Assembly (NCBI GenBank): GCA_017553685.1
Contig: JAFZKH010000009.1
Coordinates: 144,479 to 208,478 of the forward strand
Direction of reading: 5' to 3'
DNA: 64,000 bases
Source of the DNA: Bacilli bacterium
Lineage (GTDB): Bacteria > Bacillota_I > Bacilli_A > RF39 > UBA660
The position numbers and the translations under genes were made by a program. Within the stretch, counting starts at the first letter, position 1. Each line of letters starts with the position of its first letter. Of this stretch, positions 22,301 through 30,918 are shown piece by piece. The notes beneath the pieces were generated by a model, which did not search any database, was not told the DNA's origin, and saw nothing but the letters and a program-made list of their open reading frames with translations.

Positions 22301-25300
22301 ATTGAGATACTACAGTATGTAAATTATATAATTTACCATAAGATGCTCCATTAGAGTTTAATGTACCCATATTGTAAATATTAGATATTGATCCACCAGT
22401 TATATTAGCTTTATCAAAGTTTAATATTACTGGAGAAGTAGTATTACCTGTTATTGAGGAAGTATTATTTTCTTCTTCAACTACATTAAGAGTACCTGAA
22501 TAGTTAACTATTTGATTAGGTGTTACAACTGTATTATAAATACTTAAAGTTGGATTTTCACGATTATATAGTTTGCTTTGTTGGTATGCAACATATGAAT
22601 CATTTTGATAAATTGAATCAAATGTTACACCATTATATAAATATGCATCACCATAGTTATTGAATAAACCTGCTAATACTGTTCCATCATCAGTTTTAAC
22701 AGTTCCTTCATTAAAAATAGAACCACTAAATCTATTGTAGTATTCAGTATTACTATAATATGAATATTTATATGAAATACTCTTAACACTAATTGAATAT
22801 GACTTATCATAAAGAGATGAATTTACTTTATTAGTAGTATCAGGTCTATTATCATAATTCATATAATCGCAAGAATAATATCCAAGTCTTTCATTAACAT
22901 CAATATTAGATGAATGAATTCTTAATTCAGTATTAGGTTCAACATATACACCTATACCAATTTTACCTTCAATATCTATATTATTAAGATCATGACTTCC
23001 AAGATTATATTGAACACCTATTGTATCAAAACTTCCTTCAGTAGTACATGAAGTTGTATTTAATTTTATTTTTAAATTACCATTGTTTACTATATCACCA
23101 TCTAGGTTATAAATACCTATACTCTTTGATTTATCAACATTTATAATAGGTGAACTTTCAGCAATTATAGTTCCTTCATTATAAATACCATATTTTGAAG
23201 TAACTTTAACTTTTACATCTCTTAAAGTTAATGTTGAATTATTCATATTATGAATAACTCCAGTACCAGAACCATTAGATAATTCTGACATACCTTCTAA
23301 ACTAGGTTCTGTCTTAACATTATATGTTTTAGGTAAGTTTTCTCTTAATTGTTCTATTTCATCACCAACAATTAATGAAATCTTAGCAAATCCATCGCCT
23401 TCATTACCATACATTGTACCAGTACCATCATGTGTTGGTATACTTAATGTACCAGATGTAGTAGATCCGCTTAATAAGAAGTGGTTTTCAACAAGGTATC
23501 CAGAAACTGGTTGAGTTCCAGTAGGTAAATATACAAATCCAGAACCTCCACCTCCACCATTGTCGTCATCACCAGATGAATCAGGTGTAGTATTACCTCC
23601 ACCAAACCAGCCACCGCCGCCTGCGCCGCCGTAGCCGCCAGCTTGATCCACTCCATCAGCACCAATACCAAAACTTGCATTAGTACCAGGAGCGGTTTGA
23701 GTACCACCATCACCACCAGTACCAAATCCACTAGTATCAGCACTTGAACCAGTAGCACCTCCACCGGCACCACCAGCTTGGTATCCACTACCATCAGATC
23801 CACCGCCACCGGCAACTATAATTCTGTTAAATGGTGAATTTCCTTCAACTCTTATATCAGTAGCTCCACCACCACCGTTATAAACTTGTCTAGCTCCACC
23901 ACCATTGAATCCTCCTTCAGGACCACCAGTGTTACCAGATCCACCTACATATATGTAAATAGTTTCGCCTTCTTTTAATTCAACTAGACCTTCAGAGTAA
24001 CCTCCGTTACCACCATAAACAGCATTTATTCTATATCCACCTTCAGCACCCCAAACTTGAAGTCTATATATACCTGTTTGAGGAACAACATATTCTTGAG
24101 CAGCACCAGTATAATTAAAATCAACAACTGATGTTGGATCAGGATTATCTAAGTTAATACCAAATTCATCTAAATAATCCATAAGGTGATCTAGTTTATA
24201 TTCTTCACTGACTGTACATCCGTCACATAATCCAGCATATTCTTGATATTCAGCTAAATCATCATCATATGTTTCCAATTTTCTTTGATATTTTGTATCA
24301 ACTAGAGTTAAATTACCGTAATTCTTAATTACATAATCATCACCAGTAGATAAATCATATCCATTTAAGTCTAATATAACTTCTTCACTATAATCAACTT
24401 CTAATGCTTTAGTTGTACTAACAGATCTAAGTAATTGAACAGTATCAACATTTTCATTAAATTCTCTTATTTCTTTTACTGGATGATATTCACTAGTAGT
24501 ATTACTTGTGTTCATTTCTTCAACTTTTAATGATAATGTAGATCCATTATTATTATATGTAACTACTTGTAGATAATGAACTTTACCTTTTTCTAAAGTA
24601 AATGTTGGTCTATCTTCAAATTTATAATAGTTACTTGGTAAAGTATATTTCCAGTCATCATAGATAACTCTATATGCCGATAAATCTATAATAGGTATGT
24701 TTTCACTATCACCAACTGTATATACATTTCTAGAACCACCATTATAAATAAGCGAATATGTTTTATCAGAAGTAGACTCAGTTAAATCGATTTTAAATAC
24801 TTTAACTGCTATATCTCCATTTTCAGCATTTAATGAATTATATGTATCAGTTTCATCATCATATTCAAAACCATAAAGTGTATTAGTATTTGCAAACACA
24901 GGTTCACTAGCATTTCTCTTAACAACATATGATTCTTCTTCTCTTGTATTTGCAACATCTACTGTTCCAGTAAATATTGTTGGACCACCAATTGCCATAA
25001 ATTGATCATCTATTGGATTTAATCGAATATTATATAAAGAATAACCCCATTCATAATATGACATATAATTATAACGATAATGGTAATATGGACTTGAGTA
25101 TTCTTCATAGTCATATCCACCACCACTAGCTATATGTAAGTAATATATTTTGCCTTTTTCTAATACTACATTAAAGCTACTATTAGATGTCTCTAAAGTC
25201 TTTGCTCTATTATTGTTTAGTTCTTCTTGAGATAAAGCTCTATTATTATTTGTTAAATAGAATCTATTTTTACTATAATCTCCTGTACTACCATCTAAAT

Positions 25301-28300
25301 ATAATACTTGATCCTTATCATAATTTGTTAAATCAATTTTGATATATGAATCTTTATAACTATCTAAAGGATTAAATGCATTAGTATTTGCAGCATATCT
25401 ATAATTAAATACACCATTAATATAGTTTCCTTCAAAGTCAGTTGCTTTATATGTTTTAATATCAGTTATTTCAATATTTGGATATCTTTCATATGTATTA
25501 TTATCAGGTGATTTTGCTTTTACTCTTAGTTCATATTCATATCCACCTGGTAGATTATAATAAAGGTATCCTTCACAATATTCAGAATAGCAATCGTTAT
25601 TATATTGTCCACTTTCTATAGCTATAAGATATTCTTTTCCATCTTTTTCTCTCTTTTGGAAGATTCCTAAATAGTTTCTATCACTTGTAGAATTATAATA
25701 GAATTCATCATGAACCATATCACCAAGAGTAGATCCAGAAGTTTCTAAATAAATATAACCTGAATAATAACCATTTGTATATGCTTTTGTATTATTATAA
25801 TTGACTAAAACTGTTTCTCCTTGTGGATCATTTGTTAAATCAATTGTCGCATATGTATATGTAGATTGATTTGCTTGTGTATTGTTTGTAGTAATAGTTT
25901 TACCATCTGATTTTAATACATAATCTCCGCTTGAGTTATTTAATAAATCAGTCATAATATTATTACTTGTTTCATCCTTATTATAATTTAATAAATTACT
26001 TGAATCTCCACGTTTATATACATCAATAGAATTAATAATTAATTGATCTTGACATCCTACACTCTCAAATTCTTGTCTAGTTGGATAAGTGTCAGGATTC
26101 TTAACCATTTTTTGATATTGTATCTTTAGATAGTATTTTTTACCACCCTCTAAAGAAGTATTTCCATTTCTTGGACCATAAGTAGCATATCCAGCACGAA
26201 TATTGCTATCACCCATGTCTCTAATAATATCTCTATTAGAACCATAGAATTCTCCAAGCCAGTTTCCACTGGATGGTCTTTTATCTTCTCCAACATACAT
26301 TTGAGCATATGAAAGAGCTACTGTAGATGAATTATCCTCATAGTAACTTTCCATAGTATAATTAACATTTACATAATAATAGCCTTCAAGACCAGTTAAA
26401 TCAATTTCAATAACACCATAAGCTACACTTGTTTCTGCAACATATTGATTATTTGATCTAATTGTTCCATCAGTAGAATCATAATAGAATCCATATTCTT
26501 TAGTAGAAATTTCAGTTTGAAGTTCAACATTATTAGATACCTTATCTAAATCAGATAAAGTAATATCATTAATAGTTGCTTCACCTAAATATGTACTATA
26601 TTCACTATTACGGTTTTTAAAATATTGTAAATCAAGATAATACATTTTACCTTTTTCAAGTTCAAACGAATAATTTTCTGAATCATGACGATATGGAGCC
26701 ACATGATCTCCTAAAATATTTTTAGTATAATCATCTATTTCATGTACATCAAATATATAATAATTCTCTCCATATACTGGTCCAGAACTAGTATCTTGGC
26801 CATTTATAAAACTAATTGTTTGGTTATCTCCATTAACTATTTCAGGTGTATAATCAATGCTTAATACTTTATTATTTGTTTCATTAGTTAAATCAATTAT
26901 TACATGTGAATTAGTTCTTTGTGCATATCTATTTCCTGAGTATGAAACTAGAGTATCTGTATTATTATCATATACAAATTTATATGTTCCTACAGATTGA
27001 ACATCTGACATAATTGATTTAGGTTCATTATCAGTATAAATAGTTGTGTTACCTCTATTGGCATCATCCATAGCAGAACCAAGCTTAGCATAATAAACTG
27101 AGTTATTAATTCTTGCTTCTGGAGCAGTTAATCTATTTAATGTAACTACTTGATAATTTGTACCACTAATAGTTTCAATATTTGATACAGCTTCATATGA
27201 ATATTCTGTTCCTGTTACTTTACCATTAACAGCACCAGAACCTACAATTGAACTGTTAGGAGATACAATTCTTCCATCAAATATTGTTAAATATCCATTA
27301 GTTTCACTTTTAATACCATTAGTTTCACCATAAACATATGGTTTTGTAGTAGATACAATTGAACCATTTACTTTAACATCAGAATAACCTTCTCCTAAAG
27401 TCATATGGCATCCTGCTTTATTTAATAAAGCAATACCAGTACTATTAACTAATTTACCAGGTTCTTCTCCTTCTGGAGTACTTTCTATTAAAGTAAAACT
27501 ACCATTATTTTTAATAGTATATTCAGGTATAACACCTGCAACAATCTTACCATTTAAATCTAATGTTAAATCTTGTCCTTCTAATACTTGAACACTTTCA
27601 TCTGTACCAGTAACCATTTGAATAGTACATTGAACATTTTTACAATCATATAAATCTTCATAATCAAAAGCTTCTGCTAATGATTCAAAGTTAATATACT
27701 TATCTTCTTTTGGTACAGTAACTTGATTGGTATCAGGATCTATTGTGTCTTCAAACAATTGATTATTATAACCAATTAATCTAGCTACTATTCTAGGAGT
27801 AGTAGTAGTTGCTTCTAGTTCATCACTAAATACATAGTTACCAGCTTTATCAAACGCTTTTATTTTAAATGTATATGTAGTTGATGGAGCAAGTCCAGTA
27901 ACCATATAAGTACTAACTCTTTCAGTAGGATAATTGTTTCTACAAGCTTCATATCTTTCAAAAGTTGTTTCATTATAACATTCAAAACGTTTTTCTCCTA
28001 CTTTAACATTGTCTTGATATATTTCATAATAATTGATTCCAGATTCATTATCTGATGAATTAACATTTAAAGTTACAGTACTCTTATTAGCAGAATTTAA
28101 ACTAAATAGAGTAATAGTAGGATTTAATTTATCAATATTTACTATTTGATGATTAACAACTGTACTATCTACATTTTGTTTAGATGCTTTAGCAGTTATA
28201 GTAGTATTTTCTTCTACTTCAAATGGTTGATAGTAAGTATTATAATTATCTGAACCAATCTTATATAAATAACTATAACCTGTATTGTCTAATAAATTAG

Positions 28301-30824
28301 CATTAGGATATAATGTAGCAGTTACATTCTCATTAGTCCACATAATTGGAGTATGATCAATTTTTGGAGGTAATATTTCCTCATATGTAGAATATAAATC
28401 AGTTTCTTCAACTATTAAAGTTGTAAAATCAAATGGTGTATCATCTTCTTTTACCCATTCAATAAATAGATGATGTTCTTTTGTTGGATCCGCTATAGGA
28501 TCAACAGTATGTTTATATAGAACATTAACAGTTGTAGTATCATTGCCATCATGGAAATGAACAGGATATGAATTAATATTATAATTTGTTACTAATGTAA
28601 TTTCAGATTTAACAGGTGTATCAAAACTATAAGATGTATTATCTTTAGTCCATTCAGTAAATGTATAACCTGTATGTTCAGGATCTGGTGTAGGTCTTGT
28701 TGCTGTACTACCCCATTCTACTAATTGATCTGGAGCATATGTTGTTTCTACTAAAGTCTCTGGATTTCTATCAATAAAATGAACTAAATATTTATTAATA
28801 TCATATATTGCCCATAATGTTTTATTTTCAATAATAGGTGTATTAAAATCAAAACAATCAGTATGATTTTCAGACCAACATCTAAATGTATGTCCCTCTT
28901 TACCTTGATCTGCTATAGGATCAACAGTATCACCATAAGGAATATTATTTATTGTAGTAATTCTATTTTCATCATTAAATACAACTGCATTAGTTAAGAT
29001 TTGATGAATAGGATATAAATCAATATTTCTAGTTACTGGAGTAGTAAAATCAAAACAATTTGTTTTATCTTCTGACCAGCATATAAATGTATATCCAGTC
29101 TCATCAAATGTTGGCGCTTCATTTTGATCAATTAATTTCTTATATTCAACTTTAATATTCTTTTCTAAAGTATCTAGATAATCATAGAAATTAACATCGT
29201 ATTTTTTAATTTTATAGCATGTAACAAGTTTTAAATCTTCATTAACAGGTGTACTAAATATATATTTAGTTCCATCAACCATGCACCAATATTCAAAATC
29301 ATATCCAGTATGGTCAGGATGATCATCTGGCTCTGGAACTGGGTCTCCTGCTGGAACCTCTTCATCATGATATGGATCTTCATCTCCAGTTTCAGGATCT
29401 TTATCAAAGAATTCAACTTTATATTTTCTTGTTGTTTTACCATAAAGAATTAAATTTTTAGTAACTCTATTATTATAATTATATTTATTAGTATATTCAC
29501 TATCTGTATACCAACCACTAAAGTTAGCTATAGGATCAGCTATTCTATCTAGTTTTTCTCCTTCAAGAACATCTTCCTCTCTATAAGTATTACCATCTAG
29601 CAAATATACAACATGTTCATATATTTCACCAGTAGCAGTTACTCTATTAAGATATTCTCTAGCTTGACTAGTATTTTTAATAGTTAATACAAGTGTATCT
29701 TCTACTTTTTGACCAGGATATAATTCTATACCTTCTAGGTTTCTATCATAGATAACACCATCTACTAGTTCAAATCCATTGTTTTCTTCTTCATTAAATG
29801 CCATGAAATCAGGAAGTTCATCTTTAACTATAGAAACAATTCCCTCTTTTTCACCAGTATTTTCTACTATAATCTTGTAATATACTTTTCCATTTAAATT
29901 AGTTAATCTCTTAACAGGAAAATTAACTATACTAGCATTATTGTATGTTTTTGTTATTTTAGTTCCTAAATTATTAACATCCACTTTTGTTATATATTTA
30001 TGAACTTCTATATTAAATGGATAAACTCTTTCAACATTTATATTTAATACAGTGTCTCCACTTACACTAACATCAGAGAAATTAACCACTTTATATATTT
30101 CTTCATTAATATCAACAGTATAACTATCTTCATTTAAATCACTGAAAATATATTCTCCGTCACTATTTGTATAAGTTTCTCTAATTAATCTTCTACCTTT
30201 ATAGATTGATACTAATATATCAGATACTCTTTCACCTTTAGTATTAGTAACAGCTCCTCTTAGGTTATTAGTATTTACTTCAATAGGATTAGTATAAACA
30301 TCAGTATAACTATCTGCTGTTGATTCTTTTATTTTAAATGTAGGATTAACTCTATATCCATTAGGAGCTCCATTAACTAAAATAGGAATAATTGCAGTTA
30401 TTTCTGTATTAGCTGGTAAATTACGAATAACTATTTCAATTTTTCTATCATTATCTGATAAAGTACTAGTTATATTATCACCAGTTAAATGTTTAAATGA
30501 TGCATAACCATTATCAGAATCTAAAGATCCGCTAATAATAACATCTCTATCTTGATTTGATTCAGATAATGTGAATTTTAATTCATAATTAACTTCATCA
30601 TAACCATTACTTACTACTGGTGCTTCTCCAGAAATATCTGAAATGTTTGCGCTTAATTTAGTAGTAACATTAGATAAATATGCATTATTTATCTTAATAG
30701 TCCCTTCTAGCTTATCTAGTTTACCAAATTTTAATAAGTATGCTAAAACACCTACTATTAAAATAAGTAATACTCCAGCTAAATATTTTTTTGATTTTAA
30801 TCTGTTTAATCTCTTATTTTTCAT
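16302..30824 (-). CDS. giant (4840-aa) cell-surface protein: N-terminal signal/anchor, Flg_new (Listeria-Bacteroides) repeats, FN3 domain, long parallel beta-helix-like repeat regions, glycine-rich (ALK/LTK Gly-rich-like) domain, C-terminal 'IQTG'-TM-'KRK' sorting-signal-like tail
   Basis: Single uninterrupted 14.5-kb ORF. Flg_new-type motifs (GY.F..W......F). FN3-like 'TYMVTGLAPSTTYTFKIKAFDKAGN'. Asn/Thr/Gly-rich beta-helix-like repeats. Gly-rich block 'YTGAAQEYVVPQTGIYRLQVWGAEGG...VGGSGNTGG...AGGGGSDG'. C-terminal hydrophobic helix plus basic tail. Confidence 0.8.
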   Translation of the reverse strand: MKNKRLNRLKSKKYLAGVLLILIVGVLAYLLKFGKLDKLEGTIKINNAYLSNVTTKLSANISDISGEAPVVSNGYDEVNYELKFTLSESNQDRDVIISGSLDSDNGYASFKHLTGDNITSTLSDNDRKIEIVIRNLPANTEITAIIPILVNGAPNGYRVNPTFKIKESTADSYTDVYTNPIEVNTNNLRGAVTNTKGERVSDILVSIYKGRRLIRETYTNSDGEYIFSDLNEDSYTVDINEEIYKVVNFSDVSVSGDTVLNINVERVYPFNIEVHKYITKVDVNNLGTKITKTYNNASIVNFPVKRLTNLNGKVYYKIIVENTGEKEGIVSIVKDELPDFMAFNEEENNGFELVDGVIYDRNLEGIELYPGQKVEDTLVLTIKNTSQAREYLNRVTATGEIYEHVVYLLDGNTYREEDVLEGEKLDRIADPIANFSGWYTDSEYTNKYNYNNRVTKNLILYGKTTRKYKVEFFDKDPETGDEDPYHDEEVPAGDPVPEPDDHPDHTGYDFEYWCMVDGTKYIFSTPVNEDLKLVTCYKIKKYDVNFYDYLDTLEKNIKVEYKKLIDQNEAPTFDETGYTFICWSEDKTNCFDFTTPVTRNIDLYPIHQILTNAVVFNDENRITTINNIPYGDTVDPIADQGKEGHTFRCWSENHTDCFDFNTPIIENKTLWAIYDINKYLVHFIDRNPETLVETTYAPDQLVEWGSTATRPTPDPEHTGYTFTEWTKDNTSYSFDTPVKSEITLVTNYNINSYPVHFHDGNDTTTVNVLYKHTVDPIADPTKEHHLFIEWVKEDDTPFDFTTLIVEETDLYSTYEEILPPKIDHTPIMWTNENVTATLYPNANLLDNTGYSYLYKIGSDNYNTYYQPFEVEENTTITAKASKQNVDSTVVNHQIVNIDKLNPTITLFSLNSANKSTVTLNVNSSDNESGINYYEIYQDNVKVGEKRFECYNETTFERYEACRNNYPTERVSTYMVTGLAPSTTYTFKIKAFDKAGNYVFSDELEATTTTPRIVARLIGYNNQLFEDTIDPDTNQVTVPKEDKYINFESLAEAFDYEDLYDCKNVQCTIQMVTGTDESVQVLEGQDLTLDLNGKIVAGVIPEYTIKNNGSFTLIESTPEGEEPGKLVNSTGIALLNKAGCHMTLGEGYSDVKVNGSIVSTTKPYVYGETNGIKSETNGYLTIFDGRIVSPNSSIVGSGAVNGKVTGTEYSYEAVSNIETISGTNYQVVTLNRLTAPEARINNSVYYAKLGSAMDDANRGNTTIYTDNEPKSIMSDVQSVGTYKFVYDNNTDTLVSYSGNRYAQRTNSHVIIDLTNETNNKVLSIDYTPEIVNGDNQTISFINGQDTSSGPVYGENYYIFDVHEIDDYTKNILGDHVAPYRHDSENYSFELEKGKMYYLDLQYFKNRNSEYSTYLGEATINDITLSDLDKVSNNVELQTEISTKEYGFYYDSTDGTIRSNNQYVAETSVAYGVIEIDLTGLEGYYYVNVNYTMESYYEDNSSTVALSYAQMYVGEDKRPSSGNWLGEFYGSNRDIIRDMGDSNIRAGYATYGPRNGNTSLEGGKKYYLKIQYQKMVKNPDTYPTRQEFESVGCQDQLIINSIDVYKRGDSSNLLNYNKDETSNNIMTDLLNNSSGDYVLKSDGKTITTNNTQANQSTYTYATIDLTNDPQGETVLVNYNNTKAYTNGYYSGYIYLETSGSTLGDMVHDEFYYNSTSDRNYLGIFQKREKDGKEYLIAIESGQYNNDCYSEYCEGYLYYNLPGGYEYELRVKAKSPDNNTYERYPNIEITDIKTYKATDFEGNYINGVFNYRYAANTNAFNPLDSYKDSYIKIDLTNYDKDQVLYLDGSTGDYSKNRFYLTNNNRALSQEELNNNRAKTLETSNSSFNVVLEKGKIYYLHIASGGGYDYEEYSSPYYHYRYNYMSYYEWGYSLYNIRLNPIDDQFMAIGGPTIFTGTVDVANTREEESYVVKRNASEPVFANTNTLYGFEYDDETDTYNSLNAENGDIAVKVFKIDLTESTSDKTYSLIYNGGSRNVYTVGDSENIPIIDLSAYRVIYDDWKYTLPSNYYKFEDRPTFTLEKGKVHYLQVVTYNNNGSTLSLKVEEMNTSNTTSEYHPVKEIREFNENVDTVQLLRSVSTTKALEVDYSEEVILDLNGYDLSTGDDYVIKNYGNLTLVDTKYQRKLETYDDDLAEYQEYAGLCDGCTVSEEYKLDHLMDYLDEFGINLDNPDPTSVVDFNYTGAAQEYVVPQTGIYRLQVWGAEGGYRINAVYGGNGGYSEGLVELKEGETIYIYVGGSGNTGGPEGGFNGGGARQVYNGGGGATDIRVEGNSPFNRIIVAGGGGSDGSGYQAGGAGGGATGSSADTSGFGTGGDGGTQTAPGTNASFGIGADGVDQAGGYGGAGGGGWFGGGNTTPDSSGDDDNGGGGGSGFVYLPTGTQPVSGYLVENHFLLSGSTTSGTLSIPTHDGTGTMYGNEGDGFAKISLIVGDEIEQLRENLPKTYNVKTEPSLEGMSELSNGSGTGVIHNMNNSTLTLRDVKVKVTSKYGIYNEGTIIAESSPIINVDKSKSIGIYNLDGDIVNNGNLKIKLNTTSCTTEGSFDTIGVQYNLGSHDLNNIDIEGKIGIGVYVEPNTELRIHSSNIDVNERLGYYSCDYMNYDNRPDTTNKVNSSLYDKSYSISVKSISYKYSYYSNTEYYNRFSGSIFNEGTVKTDDGTVLAGLFNNYGDAYLYNGVTFDSIYQNDSYVAYQQSKLYNRENPTLSIYNTVVTPNQIVNYSGTLNVVEEENNTSSITGNTTSPVILNFDKANITGGSISNIYNMGTLNSNGASYGKLYNLHTVVSQYSCAEYYNHMGECQKLDKYFNPDIHAGKDLKGTANITGGSINNEMLLNEHNMVLDGVTVPTSVMNRGNLTVKGDSVITGNNKSAIQNIPFLLKYYYYNLYAWETNQPGAYNYARTSLTIGDDDGNVNEGPTIISTNDSYAISGDCHPMGTVGMDDFELKGNGITSYFEPEIDNNRIYKDTSGNLVTIYQDGNDLRTTLIKSIEYPNNSDNLCDIKYYDGTIQNTSTSSNMTNVVYIPISDLTDGYDVLYDGNGKVTLDTIDSSSRGNLVEVNGTGYKSLQTAINNAADNSVINISGNYNTANRVTIPEGKSLTINYANGASVNSYSRDSLITNNGTLNVTGSGSIYVIGQTAFENNNAMTFNGGNFINNYTQSNLVKNKANLTIDNVTSTGLDIISDTDGEEKINLTINNGEYNANTIYANNTNVTVGGGYFYTKEDNSSYEAYYADSTTELEAKHTKQLFNTHNSVVDITNFNVDNDSRYNNISIEANLGRFVDSTLNLNNSKFGGKSSKSRIYTTIDQDQSKSIVNINDGEYNNLRFNIVGNGNEYNQTDGIVNGSLLATGSGHTINITGGKINTSDTAILVKDGSGINVTVGTKGDLKPGTETLNVSKTEPEIRGGTFGISETGSSYAQNNLYFYDGVFKAGSNPIDYHIEDIETGYDVIFDNLKSPKEKYLDILPLVLNYTTGKYYYDAQEAFDEANTDDQLIWTRDYTNFSDTPSLVVAADKKFSLYFSYGTADYKPIYYRYYESDNPPTDPLTTTSQDEFEPYDGSGSFVHSNMTARQNNIKINNTAYYDSNSGETIERPFLINNGNITIYGAVVPNSGTDPILDVMSKTSAIVNNGTMTLNRFSVRNIKANKTMVENNGTMDIYRSDFISYQSNVITNNGTLSITGDATSTSCYNPTYIKVHTDQSLEDAIEYIQSSPGMNIHQALSESIINNENAIMNISNLYFDSDYTYTALLNSGTVNISNSTIETYKLDSYNNLEKAAVAGKVIINNVTGTINASTLSVFAESGIENTGTMVFNQGVIDAAYDTAITNTGDLTYTGAIFGARKGIDDAGKTTLINANIYTYGEGYHGTGYLDSTITASTITSKGYNPTNYYVGYSAINSCSDGTSTRQEFKGYPHYESKKEFEHGYFAINNASVYIGPNKTVYFDSNTISLDNEMPTKHFCDYTYDNGYRYYHCEAPYQHSGQSGLDYTVAAIEIDGGNFVMSGGSVNHGTDSDYKYAIILYQSYSNHVKGSVTQTGGYISKLFNEVGTITMGEKDDTAESSMYISSASCKNRDDLEFNLYGGSLFLDENNLCHFTDKEENFTIYRPNGGPYMLINTEEVIKNIDQDVSYSSIRTAISNAADGEKLQLVKTVSEVTSNYDITVDKGIILDLNGKTLDANLNITSGTVTVTDEAYIADNTNDRGRVLSVTNTSGTLNVVEGRIDKINNFGTANISNGIVESVANSDWDNPSNAILNVTGGEVKNIVNEEDGTANISNTTGSYYKNYHHHSSGNDGVMNITNSTISTLENSSMSLSLGTGAYIKNLSTSAGNSNNDLTLTGGTVEKIINGEKLVLDGTEVLYYVENHDTLTINSGTVNGINNVYNSNVTINGGVIRYLNLDSDRGTEATINNGTIGSITITNYHGAATILGGEIGPITNKGQLTIGTKDGIVNTNSPKITNNGGYAITSSGYDSFVKIYDGYFKSTKSIVIDATIDDVETGFIPYASPEYDELGVLTGKHIMYLKHAEEVDTKIACVQGICYNTLQEAINASVQNYTEQNGCPEVKIGDEFYFSVELTEDLVLDPQYSLTINLNYHNINDNGFTIPDNITLRNGSRNGEDLQSNISKLLSSIFGINDNGKDIIITRMEDGNALDTSKTYNLYKYEGSSYELVKVNPDGAGKYTIGRKTTDLKPIKGRIYLNDLDAGEYKLVDNYNTELQFTIYDDGTLSPNIKENIISDFGHMSASSVATLVITIQTGIMKVNYLLIAISIIAVLSIMFVLKRKSDVSNQ

Positions 30825-30918
30825 ACTATTCTCCTATTTTATTATACATAATAATTATATCATAAATTCTTTACAAAATTCTACAATTTTCCATAAAAAA
30901 ATAATAGTTTTTCAACTA

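Noticed and set aside
23471-23815. 114-aa Val/Leu-rich ORF inside the giant gene in a GC-rich patch.
   Set aside because: It is the alternate-frame reading of the GGN-codon glycine-rich domain. The GC-richness reflects Gly codons, not foreign DNA or an embedded gene.
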